A DNA stretch of 63,687 nt, counting the filler, from Octopus bimaculoides (taxonomy: Eukaryota): assembly GCF_001194135.2 (NCBI RefSeq). It is 6 parts of 5 records of this genome, joined end to end, with 100 filler letters (N's around TTAATTAATTAA, not from the genome) between each part and the next. Parts side by side here need not be neighbours in the genome. Positions count along the whole stretch, not along the records: positions 61,926 to 63,687 come from NC_068987.1; 5 more parts are not named here. One strand, 5' to 3'. Both the position numbers and the translations under genes were made by a program. Positions within the stretch are counted from its first letter, which is position 1; the number at the start of each line of letters is the position of its first letter. The notes below the pieces were generated by a model. That model did not search any database. It worked only from the letters and a program-made list of their open reading frames with translations, and was not told the origin of the DNA. Positions 62,621 to 63,687 of the stretch are shown one piece after another.

Positions 62621-63590
62621 TACAAGCTTTATACACAAATAGTCGTTGCATCATTATATGGGTATATAATTGATAGACAGGATGGTATGAAGCTATCTTC
62701 AGCCGCAAATATATTCTTTCCCAAGCATTATATCACCAAGAATAAGTCACCAAGAAAAAAGTAAACGAGATGTACTTTGGCTAAACTGACCACTCACCAC
62801 AAGGATATCATATTTCAAGTTTACTTTAGCCTGAAGTTATTTATGACCCACCACTAGTCTTGTCCGACACAGCGTCATGTATGTCTGTCATTTACGAACT
62901 CATCCTTTAAGGTCTCCTTATCTCTTTATTTATCTTTATTTCTCTTTTTCTACTTTTAAGTTTTTTTCTTATCCCCCTCCTTATTACTTGTTATTTTATT
63001 TTATTTCTTTATTTTTCTATTTGCCACCTTTCTCCAACCCTTCTAAATATTTTATATGCATCTTACTTTACTATCCGGATTTTTTCTTGTTTTTTCTTAT
63101 ATTACCCCCCCCCCCCCNNNNNNNNNNTTGACTTCTATTATTTTTGTATTAATATTTGTGTATTTTATATTGTTTTCTTCGGATTTTATATTGTTTTAAC
63201 CTCCAACTTCTTCCTTTTTTTGGACCCTCTCCTTCTAGCTCATATAAGCTAGTTGTGTTTATTTAGCATTCACTCTGCCCTGAATTATGGCACAATACGG
63301 ACAGATTTCGGAATACCGATGAACTTTTATGTAAATATATCAATTTAAAGGATAAACATATTACAATGGATATTACAATGGATACAACCAAGTGGACTCC
63401 CCCTTTTTCTCTCTCATGTTTCTCTCTCTTTTGCTTTTTTCTTGGTGACTTCTTCTTTGTGATATAATGCTTGGGAAAGAGTATATTTCCGACTGAAGAT
63501 AGCGTTATATCCTGTTTCTCAATTATATACCCATATAATGATGCAACGACTGTTTGTGTATAAAGCTTGAAACACGTGTACCGCGGGATC
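62621..63590. repeat. ~145-bp inverted repeat pair; the plus copy carries a hammerhead-like core
   Basis: 62621-62765 is the reverse complement of ~63430-63570; plus copy CTGAAGA-T-AGC..GCT-T-GAAAC-ACGT-GTA|CCGCGGGA at 63493-63588. Confidence 0.75.
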
Positions 63591-63687
63591 CTTTGTGTTG
63601 TGTTTTATTTTACGTTTTTAATTTATTCTTTCACCCTGGCCACTATCTGGCATATACAGGTGCTTGCAATTATATATATATATCTAT

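Overview
Eukaryotic, AT-rich, microsatellite-dense draft-assembly window with many N gaps. The SINE families, microsatellite style and repeat load look like a coleoid cephalopod, probably Octopus; this is an inference from recognition, not a search. Host genes: (1) a minus-strand cytosolic sulfotransferase. Four phase-compatible coding exons (45355-45038, 39799-39702, 29760-29580, 27863-27751; about 236 aa) could be spliced by hand, but the exon carrying the N-terminal PAPS-binding loop was not found. (2) The large terminal exon of a minus-strand srGAP-like gene (58793-57761). (3) A probable plus-strand terminal exon of an unidentified protein (50903-51218). The rest is mostly transposon debris: six Penelope-like (PLE) fragments, a Ty3/Gypsy element nested in a mariner, other Tc1/mariner copies, RTE, CR1-like and RLE-type LINE pieces, a probable Helitron, many tRNA-derived SINEs (including a 5-copy tandem array) and several hairpin/foldback elements. 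I found no convincing novel multi-gene system. The most interesting unexplained signals are: at least four sequence families of minimal hammerhead-ribozyme motifs; three intronic hairpins in the sulfotransferase; an RTE LINE with three C-terminal C2H2 fingers; a PLE with long in-frame Asn-rich inserts; a 12-bp array whose consensus contains an AP-1 site; and the unidentified plus-strand exon.
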